Origin: an uncultured Subdoligranulum sp.
GTDB taxonomy: Bacteria; Bacillota; Clostridia; Oscillospirales; Ruminococcaceae
Assembly: GCA_904390925.1 (NCBI GenBank)
Contig: CAJFMB010000001.1
Span: 9,167-73,166, forward strand
Direction: 5' to 3'
Length of the DNA: 64,000 nt
The notes under the pieces are model-generated. The model was not told where the DNA came from and ran no database searches. It saw nothing but the letters and a program-made list of their open reading frames with translations. Within the stretch, counting starts at the first letter, position 1. Every line of letters begins with the position of its first letter. Positions 32,853 through 42,758 of the stretch are shown here, one piece after another. Both the position numbers and the translations under genes were made by a program.

Positions 32853-33779
32853 TTGGATATTATGACATTGCTCAATGCCCTGCCCGGTGCGGTGGCACAG
32901 GGCTTGATCTGGGCGATCATGGCCATCGGCGTCTATATCACCTATCGCGTGCTGGACATCGCTGACCTGACGGTGGACGGAACCCTGTGCACCGGTGGTG
33001 CAGTCTGTATCATGTGCATGCTAAACGGCTGCAATGTCTGGGTTGCCATGCTGGCAGCCACCTGCGCCGGATTGCTGGCAGGCCTTATCACCGGCATCTT
33101 CCATACCTGGATGGGCATTCAGGCCATTCTGGCCGGCATCCTGACCCAGCTAGCCCTGTGGTCTGTCAACCTGAAGATCATGGGCAAATCCAACCAGGCC
33201 ATCAATGTGGACAAATATGACCTGGTGGTTTCTCTGCGCTACATCAAGGATGTGCCTTTCTACAAAAATACCATCTTTGTGGTGGCCATTATCATTGCCG
33301 TGGTGATTGCCATTCTATACTGGTTCTTCGGCACCGAGCTGGGCTGCGGCATCCGTGCCACCGGCTGCAACGGCAATATGGCCCGGGCTCAGGGCATCAA
33401 TACCAGCCTGAACAAGGTCCTGGGTCTGATGATCTCCAATGGGTTGGTGGCACTGTCCGGCGCACTGCTGGCCCAGTACCAGGGCTTTGCCGACATCAAT
33501 ATGGGCCGCGGGTCCATCGTCATCGGCTTGGCTGCCGTCATCATCGGCGAGGCACTGCTGGGCAAGATCTTCCACAACTTCGCCCTCAAGATGCTGGCTG
33601 TGGCTGTGGGCAGCATTGTCTATTATCTGGTGCTGCAGGTGGTTATCTGGTTCAAGGTGGACACCGACATGCTCAAGGCATTCAGCGCTGTGGTGGTGGC
33701 CATCTTCCTGGCGATTCCTTACTGGAAGGGAAAATTCACCAAACCCGCTGTGGCAAAGGGAGGCAACAAGAATGCTTGA
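32853..33779 (+). CDS. ABC permease (TrpY-like, BPD_transp_2)
   Basis: DLTVDG, ILAGIL, IRATG, GLVALSGAL..Q..GFAD, multiple TMs; TTG start after GGAGG (ATG 32862 is an alternative). Confidence 0.88.
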   Translation: MDIMTLLNALPGAVAQGLIWAIMAIGVYITYRVLDIADLTVDGTLCTGGAVCIMCMLNGCNVWVAMLAATCAGLLAGLITGIFHTWMGIQAILAGILTQLALWSVNLKIMGKSNQAINVDKYDLVVSLRYIKDVPFYKNTIFVVAIIIAVVIAILYWFFGTELGCGIRATGCNGNMARAQGINTSLNKVLGLMISNGLVALSGALLAQYQGFADINMGRGSIVIGLAAVIIGEALLGKIFHNFALKMLAVAVGSIVYYLVLQVVIWFKVDTDMLKAFSAVVVAIFLAIPYWKGKFTKPAVAKGGNKNA

Positions 33780-34566
33780 GATCAAGAATGTCTACAAGAC
33801 TTTCAATGCAGGCACAGTCAACCAGAAGGTCGCCCTCAACGGGCTGAACCTGACGCTGGAGGACGGCGACTTTGTCACGGTCATCGGCGGCAACGGCGCC
33901 GGCAAATCCACCATGCTCAATGCGGTGGCAGGGGTCTGGCCGGTGGATATGGGCAAGATCCTCATTGACGGCAAGGACATTACCCGGCTGTCGGAGCACA
34001 AGCGGGCAAAATATATCGGCCGAGTCTTCCAGGACCCGATGATGGGCACTGCCGCCACCATGGGCATCGACGAAAACCTGGCACTGGCCCGCCGCCGCGG
34101 TCAGCCCCGGACTTTGCGTGCCGGCATCACGGCCAAGGAACGTGCCGAATACCGGGAGATGGTCAAGGAGCTGGACCTGGGGCTTGAGGACCGCATGACC
34201 AGCAAGGTTGGCCTGCTTTCCGGCGGACAGCGTCAGGCCATCACGCTGCTGATGGCTACGCTGCAGAAGCCCCGGCTGCTTCTTCTGGACGAGCACACCG
34301 CTGCGCTGGACCCCAAGACGGCGGCCAAAGTCCTGAGCCTTTCGGACAAGATTGTCCATGAGCACAACCTGACCACCCTGATGATCACCCACAACATGAA
34401 GGATGCCATCCGGTACGGCAACCGGCTGATCATGATGTACGACGGACACATCGTCTATGATGTCCGGGGCGAGGAAAAGGCAAACCTCAAGGTCTCTGAC
34501 CTGCTGGCCCGCTTTGAAAAGGTCAGCGACGGCGAATTTGCCAATGACCGTATGCTGCTGTCCTGA
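33772..34566 (+). CDS. ABC ATP-binding subunit (TrpZ-like)
   Basis: GGNGAGKST, FQDP, LSGGQRQA, LLDEHTAALDP. Confidence 0.92.
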   Translation: MLEIKNVYKTFNAGTVNQKVALNGLNLTLEDGDFVTVIGGNGAGKSTMLNAVAGVWPVDMGKILIDGKDITRLSEHKRAKYIGRVFQDPMMGTAATMGIDENLALARRRGQPRTLRAGITAKERAEYREMVKELDLGLEDRMTSKVGLLSGGQRQAITLLMATLQKPRLLLLDEHTAALDPKTAAKVLSLSDKIVHEHNLTTLMITHNMKDAIRYGNRLIMMYDGHIVYDVRGEEKANLKVSDLLARFEKVSDGEFANDRMLLS

Positions 34567-34584
34567 TTTTTATTAGAAAATTGG

Positions 34585-34630
34585 AATCTGCCCGCGGGAG
34601 CTGACATCAGTGCCCACGGGCAGATTTTGT
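34585..34630 (+). terminator. Intrinsic terminator
   Basis: AATCTGCCCG..GG...CC.CGGGCAGATT followed by TTGT. Confidence 0.65.
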
Positions 34631-34741
34631 CTTTGCAATTCCGAAAAAGGCTCCGGCCTCCTTTGAATTTTTTATGAAATGGTGGGCAAAAGCCGGAAAT
34701 TATGCTATAATATCATCGATTGCATACAAGGAGGAAGGACA

Positions 34742-35392
34742 TTGCCGCGTTACGACGCCGTTTTGTTTGACGTGGATGGGACATTGCTCCATTCACGTCC
34801 TGGTATCGAACATACATTTTCCTATGCGTTTCGCCAGATGGGCCTTGACCCGGCGGGAATTGACATTTCCCGCTATCTGGGACCGCCGCTGCGCTGGAGT
34901 TTTGCCCAGCATTTCACCGCTGAAGCGGATGTGGAACGTGCGGTGAACCTGTACCGGGAACGGTACGCTGAAGTCGGCATGCATGAATGTACCCCCTATG
35001 CCGGGGTAAAAGAGCTGTTGGAGCGGCTGTACAATGCCGGGATTCTGCTGGCCACCGCCACCTCAAAACCGCGGGATGTGGTCCTGCCGATCCTGGAAGA
35101 GCAGGGCCTGCGGCGGTACTTTGCCATTGTGGGCGGTGCCAGCATGGACAAGAGCGTGGACACCAAGACCGCGGTGATCCGCAAGGATCTGGAAGATCCG
35201 CGCCTGGACGGCAAACGCATCCTGATGGTGGGGGACCGCAGGGATGACATGCAGGGGGCCGCTGACTGTAATCTGCCGGCCGCCGCGGTTTTGTATGGCT
35301 ATGGCAGCCGCGAGGAGCTGGAACCCTGGCATCCGGTGACAATGGCACCGGACCCCGCCGCTCTGGGTGATTTTATTTTGCAGCCCGTTTGA
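34742..35392 (+). CDS. HAD-IA phosphatase (phosphoglycolate phosphatase / nucleotidase-like)
   Basis: FDVDGTL, GPPL, ATSKP, MVGDRRDD, YGYG; TTG start after AAGGAGG; TG-C-TATAAT at 34703-34711. Confidence 0.88.
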   Translation: MPRYDAVLFDVDGTLLHSRPGIEHTFSYAFRQMGLDPAGIDISRYLGPPLRWSFAQHFTAEADVERAVNLYRERYAEVGMHECTPYAGVKELLERLYNAGILLATATSKPRDVVLPILEEQGLRRYFAIVGGASMDKSVDTKTAVIRKDLEDPRLDGKRILMVGDRRDDMQGAADCNLPAAAVLYGYGSREELEPWHPVTMAPDPAALGDFILQPV

Positions 35393-35416
35393 TCTTGATG
35401 GGAGGACTGACTCATT

Positions 35417-37093
35417 ATGAGCCGTAAAGATTCACAATCCCGGGCCTCATTCAGCCCGATGCAGCGCAAGGCTGTTTTTGTTCTGGCCGGCTGTGTTGCC
35501 GCTGTGATCATCAGTATTGTGGCAGCCTGGATTCTGCCTGGTGCCCTGCTGGGCGGCGGCAGCAATACCGATGGTTATGACCCGGCCGCCTACCCGGTGG
35601 ACACCACGCTGGACGCCATCCTGACCCAGACCTCGGATGCGGGCAAGGATTACATCAATTCCACCGTTTTCATCGGGGATGAGAACACTCTGGCCCTTAC
35701 CGCCTCCGGCGACATCACAATCGACCGGTATGTGGGCAAGGATGGACTGGGCATCAGTGACCTGCTGCGGGAGACCTGCGTTTATTTTGAGGGGGATTCT
35801 TCCTCCTACACCATTCCGCAGGCAATTGCCAAGATGAAGCCCCGCCGTGTCATTGTGACGCTGGGCGGCAATGATCTGGAAAGCAAAACGGTGGATGATT
35901 TCATCACCGACTATCGCCAGGCACTCAATGCCTTGAAAACCGCATACAGCTATTGCGACATCATCGTCAATGCCATCCCGCCGGTCAACGAAAGTTCGGA
36001 CAAGGCCGCGGAAAAGCAGACCACCATTGACCAGTTCAACCAGGCATTGGCGCAGATGTGCCAGTCGGACGGCTACAAGTACCTCAACAGCGCCGAGGAG
36101 CTCAAAGCGTCCAACGGCTTTGCCGAGGGCAGCTATGTGGGATCGGCGGATAACAAGCTGACCACAGCCGGCGTCAATGCCTACCTGACCTATGTAAAAA
36201 CCCATGCCTATGAGGCGGAGGACCACCGCCCCGATACCGACGACATTCCCCGCCGTGCCAGCCAGCCTGCCGCCGAGACGGTTGCCACACCCAGCCCCAC
36301 GCCGCTGATGCATACCGTTAGCTACGGCATCCAGGCTGGAAGCGGTACCCTGGAATACAATGGCGAAAGCAGCATGTCGCTGCGCTTTGACGTGGCAGAT
36401 GGGGAGACCATCACCGTCAAGGCGGTTCCGGCCGAAGGCTTTACCTTCTCCCAGTGGAGCGACGGCGTCAAGGACGCCACCCGTGTGGAACGGATCACCA
36501 GTGAAGTGTCTGTTTCCGCCATCTTCAACGATGCCCGCGTCGACGTGAGCCTGGATAAGAGCGATACCACCATCACACTGGGCGACAGCGTTACCTTCAA
36601 TGCCAGCGTTACACTGGGCGGACAGGCCTATGACAACAGCATTGTTCAGTGGGCAGTCAATGATGAACTGCAGGCAACCCAGGGAAGCTATACCTTCTCC
36701 CCCTCCGAAACCGGAACCTATACCATCACAGCCGGTGCCGAAATCAACGGAGGCTATGACAAGGCGACGGTGACGGTTACGGTCAGTGCACCTGCCACCA
36801 GTGTGCAGATGTCTGTGCCGCAGACCATGCAGTCCGGCAGCACCGTGACACTGTACGTGACGGTTGCCAACCGCAACGGCGATACCACCTGGTCCTGCGA
36901 TCAGATGCCGGACTGGAAGCCCACCGGCGACAATGTCCAGTTCACGCCGCCGCAGCCGGGCAACTATACCGTGCATGCCACCAACAACAACGTCACGGCG
37001 GATTATACCATTGTGGTGACTGCGGCGCCCACACCCAGCCCTACGCCGACACCGACGCCGGCACGTCCGGGCGGGGAGGACGATGACGACTGA
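35417..37093 (+). CDS. Membrane-anchored SGNH/GDSL-like domain protein with B-repeat and Ig-like domains
   Basis: N-terminal TM; FIGD, LGGND, FNQAL blocks; AVPAEGFTFSQWSDG divergent InlB B-repeat; beta-rich GTYTIT/GNYTV modules; PT tail. Confidence 0.7.
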   Translation: MSRKDSQSRASFSPMQRKAVFVLAGCVAAVIISIVAAWILPGALLGGGSNTDGYDPAAYPVDTTLDAILTQTSDAGKDYINSTVFIGDENTLALTASGDITIDRYVGKDGLGISDLLRETCVYFEGDSSSYTIPQAIAKMKPRRVIVTLGGNDLESKTVDDFITDYRQALNALKTAYSYCDIIVNAIPPVNESSDKAAEKQTTIDQFNQALAQMCQSDGYKYLNSAEELKASNGFAEGSYVGSADNKLTTAGVNAYLTYVKTHAYEAEDHRPDTDDIPRRASQPAAETVATPSPTPLMHTVSYGIQAGSGTLEYNGESSMSLRFDVADGETITVKAVPAEGFTFSQWSDGVKDATRVERITSEVSVSAIFNDARVDVSLDKSDTTITLGDSVTFNASVTLGGQAYDNSIVQWAVNDELQATQGSYTFSPSETGTYTITAGAEINGGYDKATVTVTVSAPATSVQMSVPQTMQSGSTVTLYVTVANRNGDTTWSCDQMPDWKPTGDNVQFTPPQPGNYTVHATNNNVTADYTIVVTAAPTPSPTPTPTPARPGGEDDDD

Positions 37094-37138
37094 TCCGCGG
37101 CAAACATGATTTATTGATGGAAGGAACAGGAGCGATCC

Positions 37139-37888
37139 ATGGCATATTATACCTGTCTTTTGCTGGATGCGGACAACACGCTGCTGGACTTTGATGCAGC
37201 CGAGCGTCAGGCGCTGGCCGATACCATGGCACAATTTGAACTGCCCTGTGACGCGGCTGCCTGCGACACCTATCATCAGGTCAACGGAAAATTGTGGCAG
37301 AGCCTTGCCAAGGGGGAAATCGGCCGCAGCAAGCTGTTCGCTGTGCGGTTTGCCCGGTTTCTGCAGGCAATGGGACTGCCCGACAACGGCAAGAGCCGTG
37401 AAATGAACAACTTTTATGAGGAACAGCTGGCATTGCATCCGGATGTGATCCCCGGGGCTCTGACGGCACTGGAGGAACTGGCCGAGGTTGCCACCCTGGC
37501 GGTGGTTTCCAACGGTACAGCCAAGGTGCAGCAGTCCCGCATTCAAGCATCCGGCATTGGCCGGTATCTGGACGGCGTTTATATTTCCGAGCACATCGGG
37601 GCTGCCAAGCCTTCCGCCAAGCTGTTTGACCATGCACTGAAGGATCTGGGCATTACCGACCGCAGCCGTGTTCTGGTGGTGGGGGATGACCTGCTGGCAG
37701 ATATCCGGGGTGGCCGTAGTGCGGGCCTGGATACCTGCTGGGTCAACTTCGGCGGAGTGGAAAATGATACCGGCATCGAGCCCAAACATACCATTACCAG
37801 TTTTGAGGAGCTCTACCGTATTGTGATGGAACCGGAGGAACTGGAAAACATCGGCGCGCGCAATCGCCGCCACATGAATGATCTGTAA
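37139..37888 (+). CDS. YjjG-family HAD pyrimidine nucleotidase
   Basis: LDADNTLLDF, SNG, ISE..GAAKP, VGDDLLADI.GG. Confidence 0.88.
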   Translation: MAYYTCLLLDADNTLLDFDAAERQALADTMAQFELPCDAAACDTYHQVNGKLWQSLAKGEIGRSKLFAVRFARFLQAMGLPDNGKSREMNNFYEEQLALHPDVIPGALTALEELAEVATLAVVSNGTAKVQQSRIQASGIGRYLDGVYISEHIGAAKPSAKLFDHALKDLGITDRSRVLVVGDDLLADIRGGRSAGLDTCWVNFGGVENDTGIEPKHTITSFEELYRIVMEPEELENIGARNRRHMNDL

Positions 37889-37919
37889 CTCCTGCCCCGG
37901 ATATGTGGGGCTGGAACCT

Positions 37920-37956
37920 GTTTGCCGCTGCACCTTCTGCGCAGCGGCAAACTTTT
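37920..37956 (+). terminator. Intrinsic terminator
   Basis: GTTTGCCGCTGC-loop-GCAGCGGCAAAC followed by TTTT. Confidence 0.75.
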
Positions 37957-38017
37957 GGGCCGGGAAGATTTTGTCACCGACTTCTGGCAGAGCTGAAAAA
38001 GTAAGGATTGAGCTGTT

Positions 38018-39916
38018 ATGTTGATCGAATTACAAGACCTGGGCAAAAGCTTTGGCGAGCACGAGGTCCTGCGGGGGATCACCGCCAGCGTGGAAAAAGG
38101 GGACCGGATCGGCATCATTGGTGCCAACGGCACCGGCAAAACGACGCTTTTGCGGATTCTCTGCAACCAGAGCCAGCCGGATACCGGCAGCGCAGATTTC
38201 GCCGCCGGCGCCACCTGCGGCTACCTGGAACAGACCGCGCACCTGGACCCGGAGCTGACCATCTACGACACGATGAAGGAATCCTTCCGGCCGGCGCTGG
38301 ATGCCATGGCAAGGCTGGAAACTTTACAGAAGCAGCTGGCCAAGGCCCCGGAGGACCCGGAGATCACCGCGGGCATCGAGCAGTGCACCTCCATCATTGA
38401 CGCCATGGATGCCTACAATATGGACACCCAGATCCGCAAAATGCTGTCCGGCATGGGCTTTCCCGCCGATACCTGGCAGAAACGGGCGGGGGTGCTTTCC
38501 GGCGGGGAACAGACCCGACTGCGGCTGGCAGGGCTTCTGCTGCGTCAGCCGGATATCCTGATCCTGGACGAGCCCACCAACCATCTGGACATCGAGACCA
38601 TGTCCTGGCTGGAAAGCTACCTGAAAACCTGCCGCGGTGCTGTGCTGGTTGTCAGCCATGACCGTTATTTCCTGGATGCGGTCTGCACCAAAATCTGGGA
38701 ACTGCGGGGCAAAACCATTCAGGTGTACAAGGGCAACTATTCCGCTTATCTGCCCCAGCGTCAGGCTGCCGATGAGCGCCAGAGAAAGCAGCGGGAAGCC
38801 GACCTGGAAAAGGCCGCCAAGCTGCAGGATTATATTGACCGCAACCTGGTGCGGGCCTCCACCACCAAAATGGCCCAGAGCCGCCGCAAGCAGCTGGAAA
38901 AGCTGGAAATCACCGAAGCTCCCATCGACGAGGCACGGGATCTGAATTTCCGCTTTGAATATGATATTGAACCATATGATGAACTGGTCACCATGAAGCA
39001 TGTTTGCATCCGCATCGGGGAGCGTACCCTGGTCAAGGATCTGGACTATGTGGTGCACCGGGGGGACAAGCTGGTCATTGCCGGCCCCAACGGCACCGGC
39101 AAATCCACCCTTTTGCAGGTGCTGGACGGCAAGCGGCGTCCTTCCAGTGGTATGGTGCGGCTGGGCGGCGGCGCCCGGGCGGGCATCTTTACCCAGCAGC
39201 AAGCACGCCGGTTTGGACGGGTTATCGACGCCATCTGGGACAAGTATCCCCGCTTTACCGAGCTGGAGGTCCGCAGCCATCTTGCCCGCTTCGGCTTCCG
39301 GGGGGAGGAGGTCTTCAAGGACTGTGCCTCCCTCTCCGGCGGCGAGCTGGCCCGCCTGCGCTTTGCAGAGCTTTCCCTGGAACGCCCCAACCTGATGTTT
39401 CTGGACGAGCCCACCAACCATCTGGACATTTATGTGCGGGAAAGCCTGACCCAGGCCTTGGCTGCCTACACCGGCACGCTGCTGCTGGTTACCCATGACC
39501 GGTACCTGATGCAGACGCTGGGCTGCCCGATTTTGTATCTGGAGGACGGTGACACCACCCTCTACCGGGATTTCGCCGCCCTGCGGGACAAGGACAATGC
39601 TCAGCCAGCGCAGCCGGTGCAGACCGAGCAGAAGCCTGTCCGTCAGGCTTACGGCAAGGAACAGCGCCGCCGCCGTGCCGAGGTCCGTGCCCGCATCAAG
39701 GCAGTGGAGACCCAGATCGAGGAGCTTGGAGCCCACATTGTCGAGTTGGAAAACGAGCTCAACGACCCTGAGGTGCTGCGGGACCATATTCAGGTGCGGG
39801 AAAAATGCGACGATCTGGAGGATACCCGGTTCCACCAGCAGGAACTGTTTGACGAGTGGGAAAAGCTGCTGGAAGAACAGGAACAGTTTGAGGCAGAAGA
39901 AAACACTTCTGACTGA
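38018..39916 (+). CDS. ABC-F family ATPase (Uup/YdiF-like)
   Basis: Two ABC cassettes (GxNGTGK, LSGGE, LDEPTNHLD), inter-domain linker, C-terminal coiled coil, no TM. Confidence 0.92.
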   Translation: MLIELQDLGKSFGEHEVLRGITASVEKGDRIGIIGANGTGKTTLLRILCNQSQPDTGSADFAAGATCGYLEQTAHLDPELTIYDTMKESFRPALDAMARLETLQKQLAKAPEDPEITAGIEQCTSIIDAMDAYNMDTQIRKMLSGMGFPADTWQKRAGVLSGGEQTRLRLAGLLLRQPDILILDEPTNHLDIETMSWLESYLKTCRGAVLVVSHDRYFLDAVCTKIWELRGKTIQVYKGNYSAYLPQRQAADERQRKQREADLEKAAKLQDYIDRNLVRASTTKMAQSRRKQLEKLEITEAPIDEARDLNFRFEYDIEPYDELVTMKHVCIRIGERTLVKDLDYVVHRGDKLVIAGPNGTGKSTLLQVLDGKRRPSSGMVRLGGGARAGIFTQQQARRFGRVIDAIWDKYPRFTELEVRSHLARFGFRGEEVFKDCASLSGGELARLRFAELSLERPNLMFLDEPTNHLDIYVRESLTQALAAYTGTLLLVTHDRYLMQTLGCPILYLEDGDTTLYRDFAALRDKDNAQPAQPVQTEQKPVRQAYGKEQRRRRAEVRARIKAVETQIEELGAHIVELENELNDPEVLRDHIQVREKCDDLEDTRFHQQELFDEWEKLLEEQEQFEAEENTSD

Positions 39917-40064
39917 TTTACACCCCATCCGGGCACAAAGAATACCGCCCGTTTTTTGTACACCAATCGCTGTACAAAAGGCGGGCGGTACGCTATAATG
40001 AAAAACAGAACGCGGCTGCTGTGTGCTGTATGCTGCCGCAGGAAACCGAAAGGGGCGAACGCGC

Positions 40065-41000
40065 ATGGAAGAACAACAATTTTTTGTCACACTGGACCGC
40101 GTTGCGGCGGAATCCGGCCTGGCCACTGCCTATACGCCGAAAGATCTGAAAGACATCAAGGTCTATGCCACCGAGGTGTACCGCCCCGGTATTTTCCTGG
40201 CGGGATATTATCAGTATTTTGACAATATGCGGATTCAGATTCTGGGTCTGACCGAGATGTCCTACCTCAATGAGCTGGACGCCGACACCCGCCGCACCCA
40301 TCTGGAAAAGCTGTTTTCCTTCCAGCCGCCGGCGGTGGTGCTCACCCGTGGTCTGCAGCCGCTGCCCGAGATGATGGAATTTGCCCAGAAATACGGCGTA
40401 GCCCTGCTGCTGTCGGAGGAAATGACCTCGCCGCTGATGGGCACCATGATCACCACCCTTAACGTGGAACTGGCCCCCCGCATCACCCGCCACGGCGTGT
40501 TGGTGGAAGTTTACGGCGAGGGCATCCTCATCACCGGTGATTCCGGTGTCGGCAAAAGCGAGACCGCCATTGAGCTGGTCAAGCGCGGCCACCGCCTGAT
40601 TGCTGACGATGCCGTCGAACTGCGCCGGGTTTCGTCCAACCGGATCATGGGCGCGTCGCCGGAAAACATCCGCCATTTTATCGAGCTGCGCGGCATTGGC
40701 ATCATCAATGTGGCGCGTCTGTTCGGCATCGGTTCGGTCAAGAACAGCGTCGAAGTGGAAATTGTCATTGAGCTGGAACCCTGGGACCGCACCAAGAATT
40801 ATGACCGCACGGGTCTGGAAAGCCGGACCTGCGATATTCTGGGGGTGCAGGTGCCCAATATGGTGATTCCGGTCATGCCGGGACGCAACCTGGCAGTCAT
40901 CATCGAGACGGCCGCCATGAACAACCGTGCCAAGGAAATGGGCTACAATGCCGCCAAGGAGCTGCTCAAGCAGCTGGGACTGCAAAACGATATTCTGTAA
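40065..41000 (+). CDS. hprK: HPr kinase/phosphorylase
   Basis: RPG, HGVLVEVYGEG, GDSGVGKSE, LIADD, ELRGIGII, PGRNLA. Confidence 0.96.
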   Translation: MEEQQFFVTLDRVAAESGLATAYTPKDLKDIKVYATEVYRPGIFLAGYYQYFDNMRIQILGLTEMSYLNELDADTRRTHLEKLFSFQPPAVVLTRGLQPLPEMMEFAQKYGVALLLSEEMTSPLMGTMITTLNVELAPRITRHGVLVEVYGEGILITGDSGVGKSETAIELVKRGHRLIADDAVELRRVSSNRIMGASPENIRHFIELRGIGIINVARLFGIGSVKNSVEVEIVIELEPWDRTKNYDRTGLESRTCDILGVQVPNMVIPVMPGRNLAVIIETAAMNNRAKEMGYNAAKELLKQLGLQNDIL

Positions 41001-41016
41001 GGAGCCGGAAATCTGC

Positions 41017-41769
41017 ATGTATCCTATCATCGCTGATCTGCACACCCACACACTGTGTACCACACACGCCTTCCATACCATTGATGTCATGTCCGCTGCG
41101 GCGGCACAACTGGGCTACAAGGCCCTGGCTGTCACCGACCACGCCCCGGCCATGCCGGACGCGCCCCATATCTGGCATTTTCAGAACCAGAACGCGGTGG
41201 ACCGGAAAATGAACGGCGTCACCCTGCTGTTCGGCGCCGAGGCCAACGTCATGGATGTGTTCGGCGGGCTGGACCTGCCCCAGAACCTGCTCAAACACCA
41301 GGACTGGGTGGTGGCGTCCATCCACAGCCCCTGCATGCCGGGACTGCTCACCGAGCGGGAGGCCACCAATCTTTGGCTGGCGGTGGCGGAAAACCCCTAT
41401 GTGGACTGCATCGGCCATTCGGAACAGCAGAATTATTTCTATGACTACGACCTGGTCACCAAGGCCTTTGCCAGAAACCATAAGGTCGTGGAGCTGAACG
41501 GCAACTCGTTCCATGTGCGCAGGGATGGTATCCCCAATATGCGCAAACTGGTGCGTGCCTGCTACGAAAACGGCTGCTATGTGTCGCTGGATTCCGATGC
41601 ACATTCCACCCGTCAGTTGCGGGAGAATATGGCCCCGCTGCGGACGCTTCTGGAGGAAGTGGACTATCCGGCGGACCATGTGGTGAACAGCAGTGCCGAG
41701 ACACTGGTTTCCATTTTGAAGCTGCACCGCAGAGCTTCTGCGGAGGAAATAGGAGGATTGTTACTATGA
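41017..41769 (+). CDS. PHP-domain phosphatase (YcdX-like)
   Basis: DLHTHT, TDH, EAN, SIH, GH, ELN, SDAH. Confidence 0.88.
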   Translation: MYPIIADLHTHTLCTTHAFHTIDVMSAAAAQLGYKALAVTDHAPAMPDAPHIWHFQNQNAVDRKMNGVTLLFGAEANVMDVFGGLDLPQNLLKHQDWVVASIHSPCMPGLLTEREATNLWLAVAENPYVDCIGHSEQQNYFYDYDLVTKAFARNHKVVELNGNSFHVRRDGIPNMRKLVRACYENGCYVSLDSDAHSTRQLRENMAPLRTLLEEVDYPADHVVNSSAETLVSILKLHRRASAEEIGGLLL

Positions 41770-42719
41770 GTTATACCATCGGCATCGATCTTGGCGGCAC
41801 CACCATGACCGCCGGCCTGGTCAATGAGGAATACGAAATCGTCGGCAAGACCACCTGGGCCACCCGGCTGCCCCGCCCGGCGGAGGATCTGGAGGCTGCT
41901 CTGGCCAAGCTCTGCCGCACTGTTGCCAAGGAAAACCATGTGCCCTTTGAGGAAGTCCGGTATGTGGGCATCGGTACCCCGGGCAGTGTCAATTTCACCA
42001 CGGGGTTTGTGGGCTACAACACCAACTTCAATTACTATGACTGGAACCTGGGTTCCGACATGGAAAAGCTGCTGGGCTGCAAGGTCTATGTGGAAAATGA
42101 CGCCAACGCTGCCGCCTTCGGCGAGTACATTGCCGGTGGCGCCAAGGGCTACAAGGATGCTGTGATCATCACCCTGGGCACCGGTATCGGCAGCGGTATC
42201 ATTCTGGGCGGCAAGATCCTGCGCGGCTTCAACTTTGCCGCCGGCGAGATGGGCCATACCGTCATTGTCAAGGACGGCCGTCAGTGCAACTGCGGCCGCA
42301 AGGGCTGCTGGGAGCGGTATGCTTCCGCCCGCGCCCTCAGCGACGATACCCGCGAGGCCATGAAGGATGCCCCCGAGAGCGTTATGTGGAAGATCGCCGG
42401 TGATCTGGACCATGTCAATGCCAAGACGGCGTTTGACGGCATGGCCCAGGGCGACGAGACCGCAAAGAAGGTCATCGGCAACTGGCTGGAGTATGTGGGC
42501 TGCGGCATTGCCAATGTGGTCAACACCTTTGAGCCGGAGGTCGTCTGCATCGGCGGCGGTGTCTCTAACCAGGGCGAAGTCCTGCTGGCTCCTGTCCGCG
42601 CGTATGTGGAGAAGGAAACGCATAATATTACCACGGGCCGTTGCCCCGAGATCCGCGCCTGCGTGCTGCGCAACGACGCCGGCGTCATCGGTGCGGCTGC
42701 GCTGGAAAATTCTATTTGA
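41766..42719 (+). CDS. ROK-family sugar kinase (glucokinase-like)
   Basis: GIDLGGT, ENDAN, TLGTGIG, GEMGH, CNCGRKGCWE, GGGV. Confidence 0.9.
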   Translation: MSYTIGIDLGGTTMTAGLVNEEYEIVGKTTWATRLPRPAEDLEAALAKLCRTVAKENHVPFEEVRYVGIGTPGSVNFTTGFVGYNTNFNYYDWNLGSDMEKLLGCKVYVENDANAAAFGEYIAGGAKGYKDAVIITLGTGIGSGIILGGKILRGFNFAAGEMGHTVIVKDGRQCNCGRKGCWERYASARALSDDTREAMKDAPESVMWKIAGDLDHVNAKTAFDGMAQGDETAKKVIGNWLEYVGCGIANVVNTFEPEVVCIGGGVSNQGEVLLAPVRAYVEKETHNITTGRCPEIRACVLRNDAGVIGAAALENSI

Positions 42720-42758
42720 ACAAACGTTTGAGACCTTTTATCCGTAGGGAGGATATTT

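Noticed and set aside
38018-39916. ABC-F as an antibiotic-resistance gene
   Set aside because: Core-genome context and Uup/YdiF-like architecture; no leader peptide or mobile context seen.
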